A stretch of 64,000 bases of DNA, taken from Ignavibacteriota bacterium. Lineage in GTDB: Bacteria > Bacteroidota > Ignavibacteria > UBA10030 > UBA6906. The stretch lies in the NCBI GenBank assembly GCA_963801355.1, contig CAWDEM010000008.1:2784001-2848000 (forward strand). The letters run 5' to 3'. The position numbers were made by a program, and so were the translations under genes. The first letter of the stretch is position 1; each line of letters begins with the position of its first letter. Shown piece after piece: positions 39,264 to 48,569 of the stretch. The notes below the pieces were generated by a model. The model saw only the letters and a program-made list of their open reading frames with translations, made no database searches and was not told the origin of the DNA.

Positions 39264-40472
39264 TTACCACCTCGACTGCGATGCATGGTCGAACCCGCCG
39301 TCCCCCGTGCTCTCCCGCGCCATGACGACGTACTTCCGGAACTCTGTTTCGGGCGGAAGGAGACTGACAACAACGCCGGCATCAAACGGAAGGTCGAAGA
39401 AATGACCGGGGTGCACCAGGAGCCCTTTTGTAGTCAGCAGATGGGCAGCCCATTCCTCATCGGATCGTGTGCGCGGAAACTGGAGGACGGCATTCCACCC
39501 TCCCTCAGCATGAAGCACCGAGATTGCGCTTCCTTTCAACGCCGCCCCGAGCAGCGCATAGTTGCCAGCCACACGGGAACGAATGCGTTCACCAACGGCG
39601 TCCGCGGCCGCAAGAATTTCCGGAACCGCAATCTGCACGGGGGTATTGACCGACAGGAACGTATCTCCGATCATTTCCAACCGCTGGACCGCCTTCCCCA
39701 CAAGCGGTTCTTCGCCGTGCACTGCAATCCATCCCAGCTTCATCTGCGGCAGCCCCGCCATCTTCGAAAGTCCGTTGAGCGTGAAGATCAGAGGCGCCCG
39801 GAGGAGAGCGCAGGAGCGCACCGGGGAGTGCGGTTGAAAGGGAAATGTCAGGAACACTTCGTCGGCAATGATTGCCAGTCCGTACTCGCGAGCAATCCGT
39901 GCTATCACCTGCTGCTCGTCCGGGGAGAGAAAGGATCCGGTGGGATTGTTCGGATGGATCACCACAATGGCGCGCGTCAACGGAGTGATCGCCTGCCGCA
40001 CACTGTCTTCGTCGAGCTGCCACCCGCCGGCATACCGGATGTAATAGGTGCGGAGGAGGACATCCTGGAGCCGCGCGAGGTCATCGAACAACGGGTATCC
40101 CGGTTTGGGGATCGCGACACTCTCCCCGGCGTCGCACAACAGCCGGAAGATGTGGGAATACCCTTCACTGGAGCTTGCAGTCAGGAAGATGCGGTCGGGG
40201 CTGACCGTTACGTCCCTGGAGGCAAGGAACCCGGCAATGGCGGTGCGGGCGGACAGATGCCCCGCAGGTTCCGGGGCGTAGACGAACGCAGAGGGTTGTG
40301 TGAGCGCCGCCGCAAGGCGCTCCGTGTCGTAGGGGAATCCGCAGAGAGTGGGATTGGCGACGGTCCAATCATGAACCTCCCTCCCTTTCGAACGGAGCTG
40401 GTGCAGCAGTTCCGTCAGCGGGTTGGGATGGAATTCCCACGCGGTGCGATGTGCAAAGTGCGGATCCGGCAT
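39264..40472 (-). CDS. PLP-dependent aminotransferase class I/II
   Basis: HPNNPTG, ADEVF, GLSKMAGLPQMKLGW. Confidence 0.92.
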   Translation of the reverse strand: MPDPHFAHRTAWEFHPNPLTELLHQLRSKGREVHDWTVANPTLCGFPYDTERLAAALTQPSAFVYAPEPAGHLSARTAIAGFLASRDVTVSPDRIFLTASSSEGYSHIFRLLCDAGESVAIPKPGYPLFDDLARLQDVLLRTYYIRYAGGWQLDEDSVRQAITPLTRAIVVIHPNNPTGSFLSPDEQQVIARIAREYGLAIIADEVFLTFPFQPHSPVRSCALLRAPLIFTLNGLSKMAGLPQMKLGWIAVHGEEPLVGKAVQRLEMIGDTFLSVNTPVQIAVPEILAAADAVGERIRSRVAGNYALLGAALKGSAISVLHAEGGWNAVLQFPRTRSDEEWAAHLLTTKGLLVHPGHFFDLPFDAGVVVSLLPPETEFRKYVVMARESTGDGGFDHASQSRW

Positions 40473-40488
40473 TCATGACCTTCGGGAA

Positions 40489-41676
40489 TTACACGCACCG
40501 CAGGGTGCTCTGCCGGGCGGAGAGGTATTCGGCGCCCGTCTTCGTGACTGTCACCATTTCTTCGATGGTCACCACGCCGTGTTCTGGGACCGTCAGCCGC
40601 GGCTCGAGGGTGAACACCATGTGTTCCTCCACCGGCAGGAACGGCTTGCGGCCGTATTTTTCCCATGCAGGGGCCAGCAATGCCGTGCCGTCGTGGGCAA
40701 ACCGGCCCACCTGATGGCCGAGCGCATGCGGGAATTCCTCATATCTCCGTCCCGTGATGTATGACCGGGCGGCCGCATCAACGATACTGCCGGTGACGCC
40801 GGGCCTGAGCACTGCCCGCGCTCTCTCAATGGCTTCCACGATGGTGTCAAACCCGTGCTGCACGGCGGGCGGCGCGGTGCTCTCGTTTCCGCGCAACACA
40901 TAGAATGTCCGCTGGATATCGGACACGTAGCCGTCAACCCGTACGCCGAAATCCATATTCACGACGTGGCCGGGTTGGATCACGCGGTCAGTGGGCCTGT
41001 AGTGCGCCGCAGCCGTATCCGGACCGGTGAATACCGCCGGGCAGGTTGCGGGGTCCCAGGCGAACCCCAGACCCCGTCGGTGTACCTCCGCCCGCATGAG
41101 CGCTGCGACCTGTTCCTCCGTCATTCCCGCGTGCAGTGCATCACCGGCGAGCGCATAGATCTGCTCGGTATGCTCAATTGCCTCACGGATGCGCGCGATT
41201 TCCGATGCCGACTTCCGTTCCCGGAGGGCCGACATGAGAGGCTCCGCGGAAATCACACGATCGTCCATACCGGCTTCACGGAGGATATCCATGATCGCCA
41301 GATACATCCCGTGCGTGATCCCGTCGCAGATCTCACTGTCCACGGAGTAGTTCAGCGCAATCGTGCGGGGATTGAGCGCACGCAACTCCGCGAGCAGCGG
41401 AGTGCGGATCCCTTCGACATAGTCAATCACCCTGTCGAAGGCGCCGGCATCGACGAGCGTCGCACGGTCGTACTTCCCCACAATCGCGATGCTGCTCCCC
41501 TTCGACGTGACGATGAGCGCGCTCTGCCATGTAAGGTCTGCGGTGACAAGGAAATCCAGGATCGGATCATGCACGACGCTCGTCTCACGAACGAAGGTGA
41601 TCCAGCAATCGATGTGCAGGTCCTTCATCAGCAACGAGGCCTGACGGACTTTTTCTTTGATGATGTCGGTATGCAT
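40489..41676 (-). CDS. Xaa-Pro aminopeptidase (M24 family)
   Basis: DFGVRVDGYVSDIQRT, HALGHQVG, FTLEP, IEEM. Start at MHTD; the longer ORF overlaps the next gene. Confidence 0.9.
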   Translation of the reverse strand: MHTDIIKEKVRQASLLMKDLHIDCWITFVRETSVVHDPILDFLVTADLTWQSALIVTSKGSSIAIVGKYDRATLVDAGAFDRVIDYVEGIRTPLLAELRALNPRTIALNYSVDSEICDGITHGMYLAIMDILREAGMDDRVISAEPLMSALRERKSASEIARIREAIEHTEQIYALAGDALHAGMTEEQVAALMRAEVHRRGLGFAWDPATCPAVFTGPDTAAAHYRPTDRVIQPGHVVNMDFGVRVDGYVSDIQRTFYVLRGNESTAPPAVQHGFDTIVEAIERARAVLRPGVTGSIVDAAARSYITGRRYEEFPHALGHQVGRFAHDGTALLAPAWEKYGRKPFLPVEEHMVFTLEPRLTVPEHGVVTIEEMVTVTKTGAEYLSARQSTLRCV

Positions 41677-41678
41677 GT

Positions 41679-42005
41679 TTACGCCCTCCACAATAACGCC
41701 AGGCCGGCGCCGATGGCGCACAACCCCGCGGCCTTCTGCATGGAAATCTGTTCGCTGAAGAGGAGCGCAGAAAGCAGCGTAATGAGGATCACGCTCGCCG
41801 CCATAAACACGGGATAGGCGACACTCAACGCGTACGCTTCCAGCGCTTTGATGTAGCACAGCGTATTTACCAATCCAATCGCCAGACCGAGTCCCAGGAG
41901 GGCGCTCTTGTGCATTGTCCACCCCTGCATCCCGGCGGCATACTTGAAGAGCGCGTTGGCAGCGACGTTGAACAGCACCGCGAGCGTGAGATACACTGCG
42001 CTCAT
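41679..42005 (-). CDS. SMR/DMT-family small 4-TM transporter
   Basis: 108 aa hydrophobic protein, LSVAYP motif. Confidence 0.85.
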   Translation of the reverse strand: MSAVYLTLAVLFNVAANALFKYAAGMQGWTMHKSALLGLGLAIGLVNTLCYIKALEAYALSVAYPVFMAASVILITLLSALLFSEQISMQKAAGLCAIGAGLALLWRA

Positions 42006-44032
42006 ACCGGTTTCCTTTCTTGAGTTGTTGGCGGGACGGGAGCGCCCGTGTGTTGGCGGGAGGCAGGCGGGGGCGGCACAATGATGCGGAATGTCGTTCC
42101 CTGCCCTTTCAGGATCTCCAGTGTCCCCGTCAGCTGATTGGTGAGAATCGTGACCAGCTGCAGGCCGAGCGTTGCCGTCGCTGCGATGTCAAATGCGCCG
42201 GGCATGCCCACACCATCGTCGGCGACGCAGAGTTCAACATCGCCGTTTGTGCGTGTGGCCAGCGAGACGGTGATCGTCCCGCGGCGGCGGTCGGGGAATG
42301 CGTGTTTGAGCGCATTCGTCACCAGCTCGTTGATGATGAGTCCGCACGGAATCGCCATGTCGATACTGAGCCGGACGTCCTGAACGTCGGCCGCGAATGA
42401 GACGTTGGGTTGACCGTAGAGATGGAACAGCGACATGACCAGCGCCTCGATGTACTCGCGGAATTCAATGCCGGCCAGGTCCCGGGATTTGTAGAGACGG
42501 TCATGAATGAGCGCCATGGACCGGATGCGGTCCACACTTTCGCCGAACAACGCAAGATCAACGGGGTCGCGGATAAATGATGTCTGAAGATTCAGAAGGC
42601 TTGAAATGATCTGCAGGTTGTTCTTGACACGGTGATGGATCTCCTTGACCATCAGTTCCTTCTCGGTCACGGAATTCTGCAATACCTCCTGCACGTGCCG
42701 CTGCTCGGAGATGTCGACGACAATACCGCGCATGCCGGAGGGCCTGTCCCCGTCACGGACGACAGTCGCTGAGATGAGTCCCGGGAATGTCGAGCCGTCG
42801 GCCCGTATGAACATGTATTCGCCGCTGGTGCTTCCGGAGCCTTCGTACATCTGTGCTATCGTGTTGCGTGCACGTTCCCGGTCTTCCGGCGCGACGTACT
42901 CAAGAAATGAGCGCCCCTCCGGCGGTCCGTGCGCTCCGAAACCGAACATCGTGGAGGCGGCACGGTTCGCAAACAGGAAGCGTCCGGACATATCCACCTC
43001 ATACACCGTCTGGGGAAGCAGGTCAGACATCTCCCTGAACCGACGTTCGCTCCGCCGCAGCGCCTGCTCGGTTGAACGCCGGTCCTCAATTTCCGTCTGC
43101 AGTCCCTTGTGCAGCATGCCCAGGCTTTCCGTCATCTCATTGAATGCCTCACCCAGGATAGCCACCTCATCGCTCATCATCTCCGGATTCACCCGGGCCT
43201 GCAAATCGTTGCGCCCGACACGCCGGGCGGTCTGCGCGAGCGACCGGATGGGCCGCCCGATGATCAACCAGATCACCACACCCGCAATGCCGGACACCAG
43301 TGCCAGGGCCACACCCAGGCGCACAAGGGTCACGCGTTCAAACACATTCAACATCACCGTCAGTTCTTCCCCGGTAATCTTTTCCATGGAGAGCTGCGTC
43401 AGCGTGCTCTGGAGGAAGACACCCATGACCACGAGGGGACCGCTCGACAGCAGCAGGAACCAGAGCATAAGCCTCAGCGCAACAATATTTCTTGCCGGAC
43501 GCTCGTGAAGACTTGCCACCACACGGGGGTGGCGGGCCGTCCACCACATCGGTGACCGGGCGGCCCGGGGCAGCACCAGGAGCACCGCCGAGGTCAGCAC
43601 CACGGTCGGGATGAATTCCGGAAGGAAGTCCTTCGCAACCGCGATGACCGGAATGGCACACACGACAAAGTATCCGAACACCACCCCCACCCATGCGAGA
43701 AGCATCAGCGGCATCGGAAACCGGTCATGCACCAGCCCCTTGTAGGCCCAGCCGACCCACACGGCACCCAGCATAGTACTCACAACGACAAAGAGACGCG
43801 ACCCGGCGTCGGGATTCCCCAGCCCGGAGAGGAGACCGATCACCGCTCCGCCGACAGGCCCCGTGAGAGCAGCGCCGATCAAGACAAAGATTTCTCCGGG
43901 GTCGATGACAGTATTCGTACCGGGCACCTGCAAATGCAGACTGGCAAGATGCACCAGCAATGCGAGGCAGCCGAACGCCGTGGCGATCAGGAACAACCAG
44001 ACGTTGATGAGATGTGTCTGCGAGTCCCGCAT
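42002..44032 (-). CDS. Membrane-bound HAMP-PAS HisKA_2 histidine kinase
   Basis: Multi-TM N-terminus, HAMP (PIRSL...DEVAILGEAFNEM), PAS, EIHHRVKNNLQ. Confidence 0.9.
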   Translation of the reverse strand: MRDSQTHLINVWLFLIATAFGCLALLVHLASLHLQVPGTNTVIDPGEIFVLIGAALTGPVGGAVIGLLSGLGNPDAGSRLFVVVSTMLGAVWVGWAYKGLVHDRFPMPLMLLAWVGVVFGYFVVCAIPVIAVAKDFLPEFIPTVVLTSAVLLVLPRAARSPMWWTARHPRVVASLHERPARNIVALRLMLWFLLLSSGPLVVMGVFLQSTLTQLSMEKITGEELTVMLNVFERVTLVRLGVALALVSGIAGVVIWLIIGRPIRSLAQTARRVGRNDLQARVNPEMMSDEVAILGEAFNEMTESLGMLHKGLQTEIEDRRSTEQALRRSERRFREMSDLLPQTVYEVDMSGRFLFANRAASTMFGFGAHGPPEGRSFLEYVAPEDRERARNTIAQMYEGSGSTSGEYMFIRADGSTFPGLISATVVRDGDRPSGMRGIVVDISEQRHVQEVLQNSVTEKELMVKEIHHRVKNNLQIISSLLNLQTSFIRDPVDLALFGESVDRIRSMALIHDRLYKSRDLAGIEFREYIEALVMSLFHLYGQPNVSFAADVQDVRLSIDMAIPCGLIINELVTNALKHAFPDRRRGTITVSLATRTNGDVELCVADDGVGMPGAFDIAATATLGLQLVTILTNQLTGTLEILKGQGTTFRIIVPPPPASRQHTGAPVPPTTQERKPV

Positions 44033-44036
44033 AGGT

Positions 44037-45626
44037 TCAGTGGACAGACCTGGTGTTCTTCTCATCTCCCGTGCGCTCCGGGACTTTCACGGCAGGCCAC
44101 TCTTCGGGCTTGCCGGTCTCCTTGGCCGCCGGGAGGATGCGCCGTTCGCGGCTGATGAACTGCGGGTCCTCCGAAGCAAGATACGCCAGGCAGGCAACAA
44201 GGACGACATTGTTTTTCAGGTCGTCGAACACCAGCTTGTCATACGTATCACGGTTCGTGTGCCAAGTGTAGGCGAAGTAGTTCCAGTTGAGCGATCCGAG
44301 GCCGAAGCCCGGAGCCCCCGCAGCGGAAAACGGAGCGTTGTCGCTGCCACCGCCCGCAGGCATGCCCGGGAAAACGGTCTTAAGATCCTGCGTGACTTCA
44401 GTCGGTATACGGGAAAACCACCGGGCCAGATGTTCACCTGCATTTAACAACCCGGCGCCGCTCGTGCGCTGGATCCGTCCGGTGCCATTATCCTGGTTGA
44501 ACACTGCCTGCGTGTGCTCGACGATATCGGGATGGTCTGTCACGAAGGCGAGCGATCCGTTCAACCCCTGCTCTTCACTTGCCCAGTGTCCGGCAACGAT
44601 TGTGCGGCGCGGCACGGGATACACCTTTTTGAGAATCCGCATGGCTTCCATCATAATGATCGTCCCCGTGCCGTTGTCTGTCGCGCCTGAAGACGCATCC
44701 CAGGAATCGAGGTGCGCTGAAAGGACGACATATTCCCCCGCCCTTTCGCCTCCCTGGATTCTGCCGATCGTGTTGTTGACGGGCTGGGGATCAAGGAAGC
44801 GGGCGTTCGTCTCAATGCGCAACAGCGGGTTGTCGCCCTGTTCCACCAGCCGGTACACCAGAGCATAGTCCTCGAGACTCAGGGTAACTGCAGGAATGGT
44901 GTGTGTGCGTGTGTCAAACACACGGTACGCACCCCATCCGTGCGACCAGATCGAACTTATCACACCGGCCGCCCCGGCATGTTCAAGAACAACGGGCAGT
45001 GAATCCGCGGTGCATCCGCTCATTTTGATGCGGTGTTCCCAGTTGACGCGGATTCGTTCCTGCAGCGCTTTGAGACTATCGAACGACTCTTTTGTCCCGA
45101 ATTCCTCCCAGTCCTTGTCGGGCCTGCCCGTGGCCTGGGCGGCAGAGAGAAGAACGAACTTGCCCTTCACCGACGGCAGCCAGCGTTGGAATGCGAGTGA
45201 ATCCGCCGCATCAGGGAGAATGACCACCCGCGCATTCACGCCGCCTTTCCGTGTGGCTGGACTGAATGCCAGCATCGTCCCTTCCAGTGTCCTGACCCGC
45301 GGCTCCAGCAGGTCGATATGCGACGTGCCGCGCTCCCACCCCCTCCAGGTCCCGTACTGTTCATTCGTGGCATCGATGCCCCAGGCCCGGTATGTTCCCT
45401 CGACCCAGCTGTTCGCTTTCAGCATCTGCGGACTGCCGGTCAACCTCGGACCGATGACATCAAGAAGGTGATGGGCGAGGGAAGGCAACTGTGTGGAATC
45501 CATCGCCTCCACCCAGATTTTCCGGATCACCGGATCATCGGTGGGAAACGTCTGTGCGGACGAGAACAGGACACATGTACAGAGCGCGCATAGGAGAAGG
45601 CTGGTCTTCACTGCAGTCCTCAGCAT
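44037..45626 (-). CDS. M28-family peptidase (carboxypeptidase Q-like), secreted
   Basis: Signal peptide, IGPRLTGS, AHLDSWD, GATDNGTG, EEQGL, WHTNRDT. Confidence 0.9.
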   Translation of the reverse strand: MLRTAVKTSLLLCALCTCVLFSSAQTFPTDDPVIRKIWVEAMDSTQLPSLAHHLLDVIGPRLTGSPQMLKANSWVEGTYRAWGIDATNEQYGTWRGWERGTSHIDLLEPRVRTLEGTMLAFSPATRKGGVNARVVILPDAADSLAFQRWLPSVKGKFVLLSAAQATGRPDKDWEEFGTKESFDSLKALQERIRVNWEHRIKMSGCTADSLPVVLEHAGAAGVISSIWSHGWGAYRVFDTRTHTIPAVTLSLEDYALVYRLVEQGDNPLLRIETNARFLDPQPVNNTIGRIQGGERAGEYVVLSAHLDSWDASSGATDNGTGTIIMMEAMRILKKVYPVPRRTIVAGHWASEEQGLNGSLAFVTDHPDIVEHTQAVFNQDNGTGRIQRTSGAGLLNAGEHLARWFSRIPTEVTQDLKTVFPGMPAGGGSDNAPFSAAGAPGFGLGSLNWNYFAYTWHTNRDTYDKLVFDDLKNNVVLVACLAYLASEDPQFISRERRILPAAKETGKPEEWPAVKVPERTGDEKNTRSVH

Positions 45627-45765
45627 TGTAGGGAGGAGCCATAGCAACCGACGGAATAATCTACCGTTCTCCCGGTGGAATTGCAACGGGAACGGCGGGC
45701 TCCTCGCACAAGTACCGACAATTTCGTATGTTATGACATTCCATAACAGCTGACGAAAGCTCCCC

Positions 45766-46851
45766 ATGCAAATCGGTATTGTCGGGCTGCCGTTCTCCGG
45801 GAAGTCCACGCTGTTCCAGGCCATCACCGGAACCCATATCGACGCACACGCACTGGCCCGCGGGGAAGTGCACCATGGCATGGTAAAAGTCCCGGACCCA
45901 CGTCTCGACGCGCTCGCCGGGATCTACAGGCCGAAGAAAACGGTGCACGCAATGATCGAGTTCGTCGATGTTGTCGGACTGAAAAAAGGAGAATCCGGGT
46001 CCACACAGTTCACCACCAACTTCTTCAACAACGTAAAGAACAACGATGCGCTCGTCCAGGTGGTACGCGCATTCACCAACGACGCCGTGCCTCATCCTGA
46101 CGTGACAATCAACGTCGCGCGTGATGTCGGAACTCTCGAGACCGAATTTCTGTTGGCAGATCTGGCCATTGTGGAGACGCGCATCGATCGGCTCAAGAAA
46201 CAACTCGGCAAAGTGGGTGACGCCCAGGCGAAGCTGGAGCTGCCGGTGCTCGAGAAATGTCATCACATGCTGGAGCAGGAGAAACCGCTGCGTGATGTGG
46301 AGTTCACTAAAGAAGAAGTCGCAATTCTCAAAACCTACCAGCCCCTGACGCTCAAGCCCATGCTCATTGCCGTCAACTGTGACGAATCGCAGGTGAAAGA
46401 CAGCGCCCGGCTGGTGGAGCAGGTGGCGGCCGGCAAAAGCGGAGCACGGACCCGTGCCGTCGCCTTTTTCGGCAAAATCGACCTGGAGATGTCGGAACTC
46501 TCCGCTGAAGAGGCACGTGCCTTCATGGGTGAATACGGGATCAGCGAGCCTGCCGTCGACACACTCATCCGTGAAGCATACGCCCTGCTGGGCCTGCAGT
46601 CATTTCTGACTGCGGGTGAGGATGAATGCAGGGCATGGACGATCCGCAGGGGCATGAACGCGCAGGAATCCGCAGGAGTCATTCACTCTGATTTTTTCAG
46701 CAAATTTATCCGCGCCGAGGTGGTGAACTTCGCGGACTTCATCGCTCACGGCGGCTCAGTCACGAAGGCGAGGGAAGCGGGGTGCTGGCGGCTGGAAGGG
46801 AAGGAGTATATCGTGAAGGACGGCGATATTATGGAGATCCGCCACAGTTGA
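45766..46851 (+). CDS. ychF: Redox-regulated ATPase YchF
   Basis: GIVGLPFSGKSTLF, AGVIHSDF, FIRAEV, EGKEYIVKDGD. Confidence 0.96.
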   Translation: MQIGIVGLPFSGKSTLFQAITGTHIDAHALARGEVHHGMVKVPDPRLDALAGIYRPKKTVHAMIEFVDVVGLKKGESGSTQFTTNFFNNVKNNDALVQVVRAFTNDAVPHPDVTINVARDVGTLETEFLLADLAIVETRIDRLKKQLGKVGDAQAKLELPVLEKCHHMLEQEKPLRDVEFTKEEVAILKTYQPLTLKPMLIAVNCDESQVKDSARLVEQVAAGKSGARTRAVAFFGKIDLEMSELSAEEARAFMGEYGISEPAVDTLIREAYALLGLQSFLTAGEDECRAWTIRRGMNAQESAGVIHSDFFSKFIRAEVVNFADFIAHGGSVTKAREAGCWRLEGKEYIVKDGDIMEIRHS

Positions 46852-48389
46852 AACTCGCTCAATTTCACCGGCGTACAATAGCACGCGTCGTGTTGTGCCT
46901 CGTCAGTGTCTGTTGCTCCGGCTCCACGGCGCTCGGTGGATCCGGAATCGACTGGGCGGCGGTCCATGCAGCCACGATGCGGGGAATTGACCATTTCTAT
47001 CGCCTCGACACCGACGCTGCCATACAGACGTTCGATTCCGTCTCGCGCATGGCCCCGGGGGATCCCCGGGGACCGTTCTTCAGGAGCATCGTGCACTGTT
47101 CGTTGTACCTGCTGGATCACAACCGGCACGATCATGATGCTTTTCTGGCCGCCTCGGAGCGCACCATCGCGGTATGCGAACAGCTGCTCGAGCAGAACGA
47201 TCGTGATGCCACGGCGAAGTTCTACCTCGGGGGGATCTACGGGTACAGGGGAATGTTGCTGCAGACGGACGGATCATTGGTGAAAGCGGTCTCCGAGGGC
47301 AGACAGGCCTACGTCCTGCTCGAAGAGGCTGTAGAGCAACAGCCTGACCTCTATGATGCCCACATGGGATTCGGGCTGTTCCGCTATCTGGTGACCAAGG
47401 CCCCCCGGTCGATCCACTGGGTATTGAAGCTGGTGGGAATCACGCCGGATCTGGAAGGCGGCCTGCAGTCCCTCCGCCTGGCGGCCGAACGCGGCACCTA
47501 CACCCGGAATGAAGCGCGGCTGTACCTTGCACAGTTTCTCTTCAACGAACACCGGAAGGATGAGGCGTACGGTTATTTGAACGACCTCTGCCGCGAATAT
47601 CCCGAGAACACGCTGTTCCTGATTCTTCGTGCAAGCATGTTACAGCGCGACGGGCGCCCCGATGACGCGCTCCGGGATGCCCTGGAGGCCCTGCGACGCA
47701 ACGAGCATTATCCGTTGCGGTATGTCGAGGAACTCGGCTGCAACACGCTGGGCGGAATCTACTTCGCGCGTAATGATTTTCAGACCGCCCGGAAATACTA
47801 CACGATGTATGCGGACAGCCTGCGCGTGCCGGAACGAATCAGCAACTGGATGTGGTTCCGCTACGGTGTGGCCTGCGAGATTTCCGGCGACCGTGCAACG
47901 GCCGTCAAAGTCTACGCCCGCACCCGCAAGAGCGGCGACAATCTGTGGTTCAATAGCGAATACTACTACCGGCGCGCCCGGGAACTGCTTGCCCGCCCGA
48001 TCACCAACGCGGAAGTGGCCCTGGTCAAAGCCGGCAATGCGTCCAACGCCAAAGACTATGCCGGCGCACTGCAGTTGTTCGACGAAGCGGCAAAGCTCTC
48101 GGCCGGCGATCCCGAGGCCTTAAGCCAGGCCCTGTTGGGGATCATGCAGATGCAGTACGAATTGAAGCGCTACGATGAAGTTGTGGGCACGGCATCCCGC
48201 CTGTTTGCCCTGGAACCGCAACGGGAACTCTGGACGCTGCCGCATGGGTACTACAAGCTCGGCCAGGCACTGGCCGTGCTGGAGAGAAAGGAAGAAGCCC
48301 GGCGCGCGTTTGAGATGGTTGATGAATACGACGACTACGATTTTCAGGAACGACTCGAGCGGCGTGTCGAAGAGGAACTTGCGAAGTGA
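46848..48389 (+). CDS. Exported TPR-repeat protein
   Basis: TTG start overlapping the ychF stop, signal-like segment, repeated TPR helices. Confidence 0.8.
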   Translation: MKLAQFHRRTIARVVLCLVSVCCSGSTALGGSGIDWAAVHAATMRGIDHFYRLDTDAAIQTFDSVSRMAPGDPRGPFFRSIVHCSLYLLDHNRHDHDAFLAASERTIAVCEQLLEQNDRDATAKFYLGGIYGYRGMLLQTDGSLVKAVSEGRQAYVLLEEAVEQQPDLYDAHMGFGLFRYLVTKAPRSIHWVLKLVGITPDLEGGLQSLRLAAERGTYTRNEARLYLAQFLFNEHRKDEAYGYLNDLCREYPENTLFLILRASMLQRDGRPDDALRDALEALRRNEHYPLRYVEELGCNTLGGIYFARNDFQTARKYYTMYADSLRVPERISNWMWFRYGVACEISGDRATAVKVYARTRKSGDNLWFNSEYYYRRARELLARPITNAEVALVKAGNASNAKDYAGALQLFDEAAKLSAGDPEALSQALLGIMQMQYELKRYDEVVGTASRLFALEPQRELWTLPHGYYKLGQALAVLERKEEARRAFEMVDEYDDYDFQERLERRVEEELAK

Positions 48390-48459
48390 GCGGGGCACGG
48401 GGGTCGAACCCGTCTTTCAAGCTTGGGAAGCTCGCGTTGAACCGATCAACTAGCCCCGC
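48389..48459 (-). tRNA. tRNA-Gly(CCC)
   Basis: GCGGGGC acceptor stem, anticodon loop TTCCCAA, T-loop TTCGACC; upstream TTGAAC-N17-TATCTT promoter. Confidence 0.9.
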
Positions 48460-48509
48460 ATTTTCGTCAAGATAGCACAAACCGCGGAAAAGTTCAAGGG
48501 AGCGCTTCT

Positions 48510-48569
48510 CCCCTTTCGGAACACCGCCTTACGGTACACCCCCTTACGGAATACCCCCTTACGGAACGA
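48510..48569. repeat. 15-bp tandem repeat x4
   Basis: Unit close to CCCCTTACGGAACAC; last copy contains the stop codon of the upstream CDS. Confidence 0.85.

Noticed and set aside
41677-42081. N-terminal extensions in the ORF track (M24 peptidase to 42081, M28 to 45881, kinase to 54212, kinase to 23245, flagellin to 36472, fliL to 2244)
   Set aside because: They overlap neighbouring genes or promoters; downstream starts fit family lengths better.
48510-48569. Possible CRISPR array
   Set aside because: 15-bp contiguous units with no spacers; no cas genes in the window.
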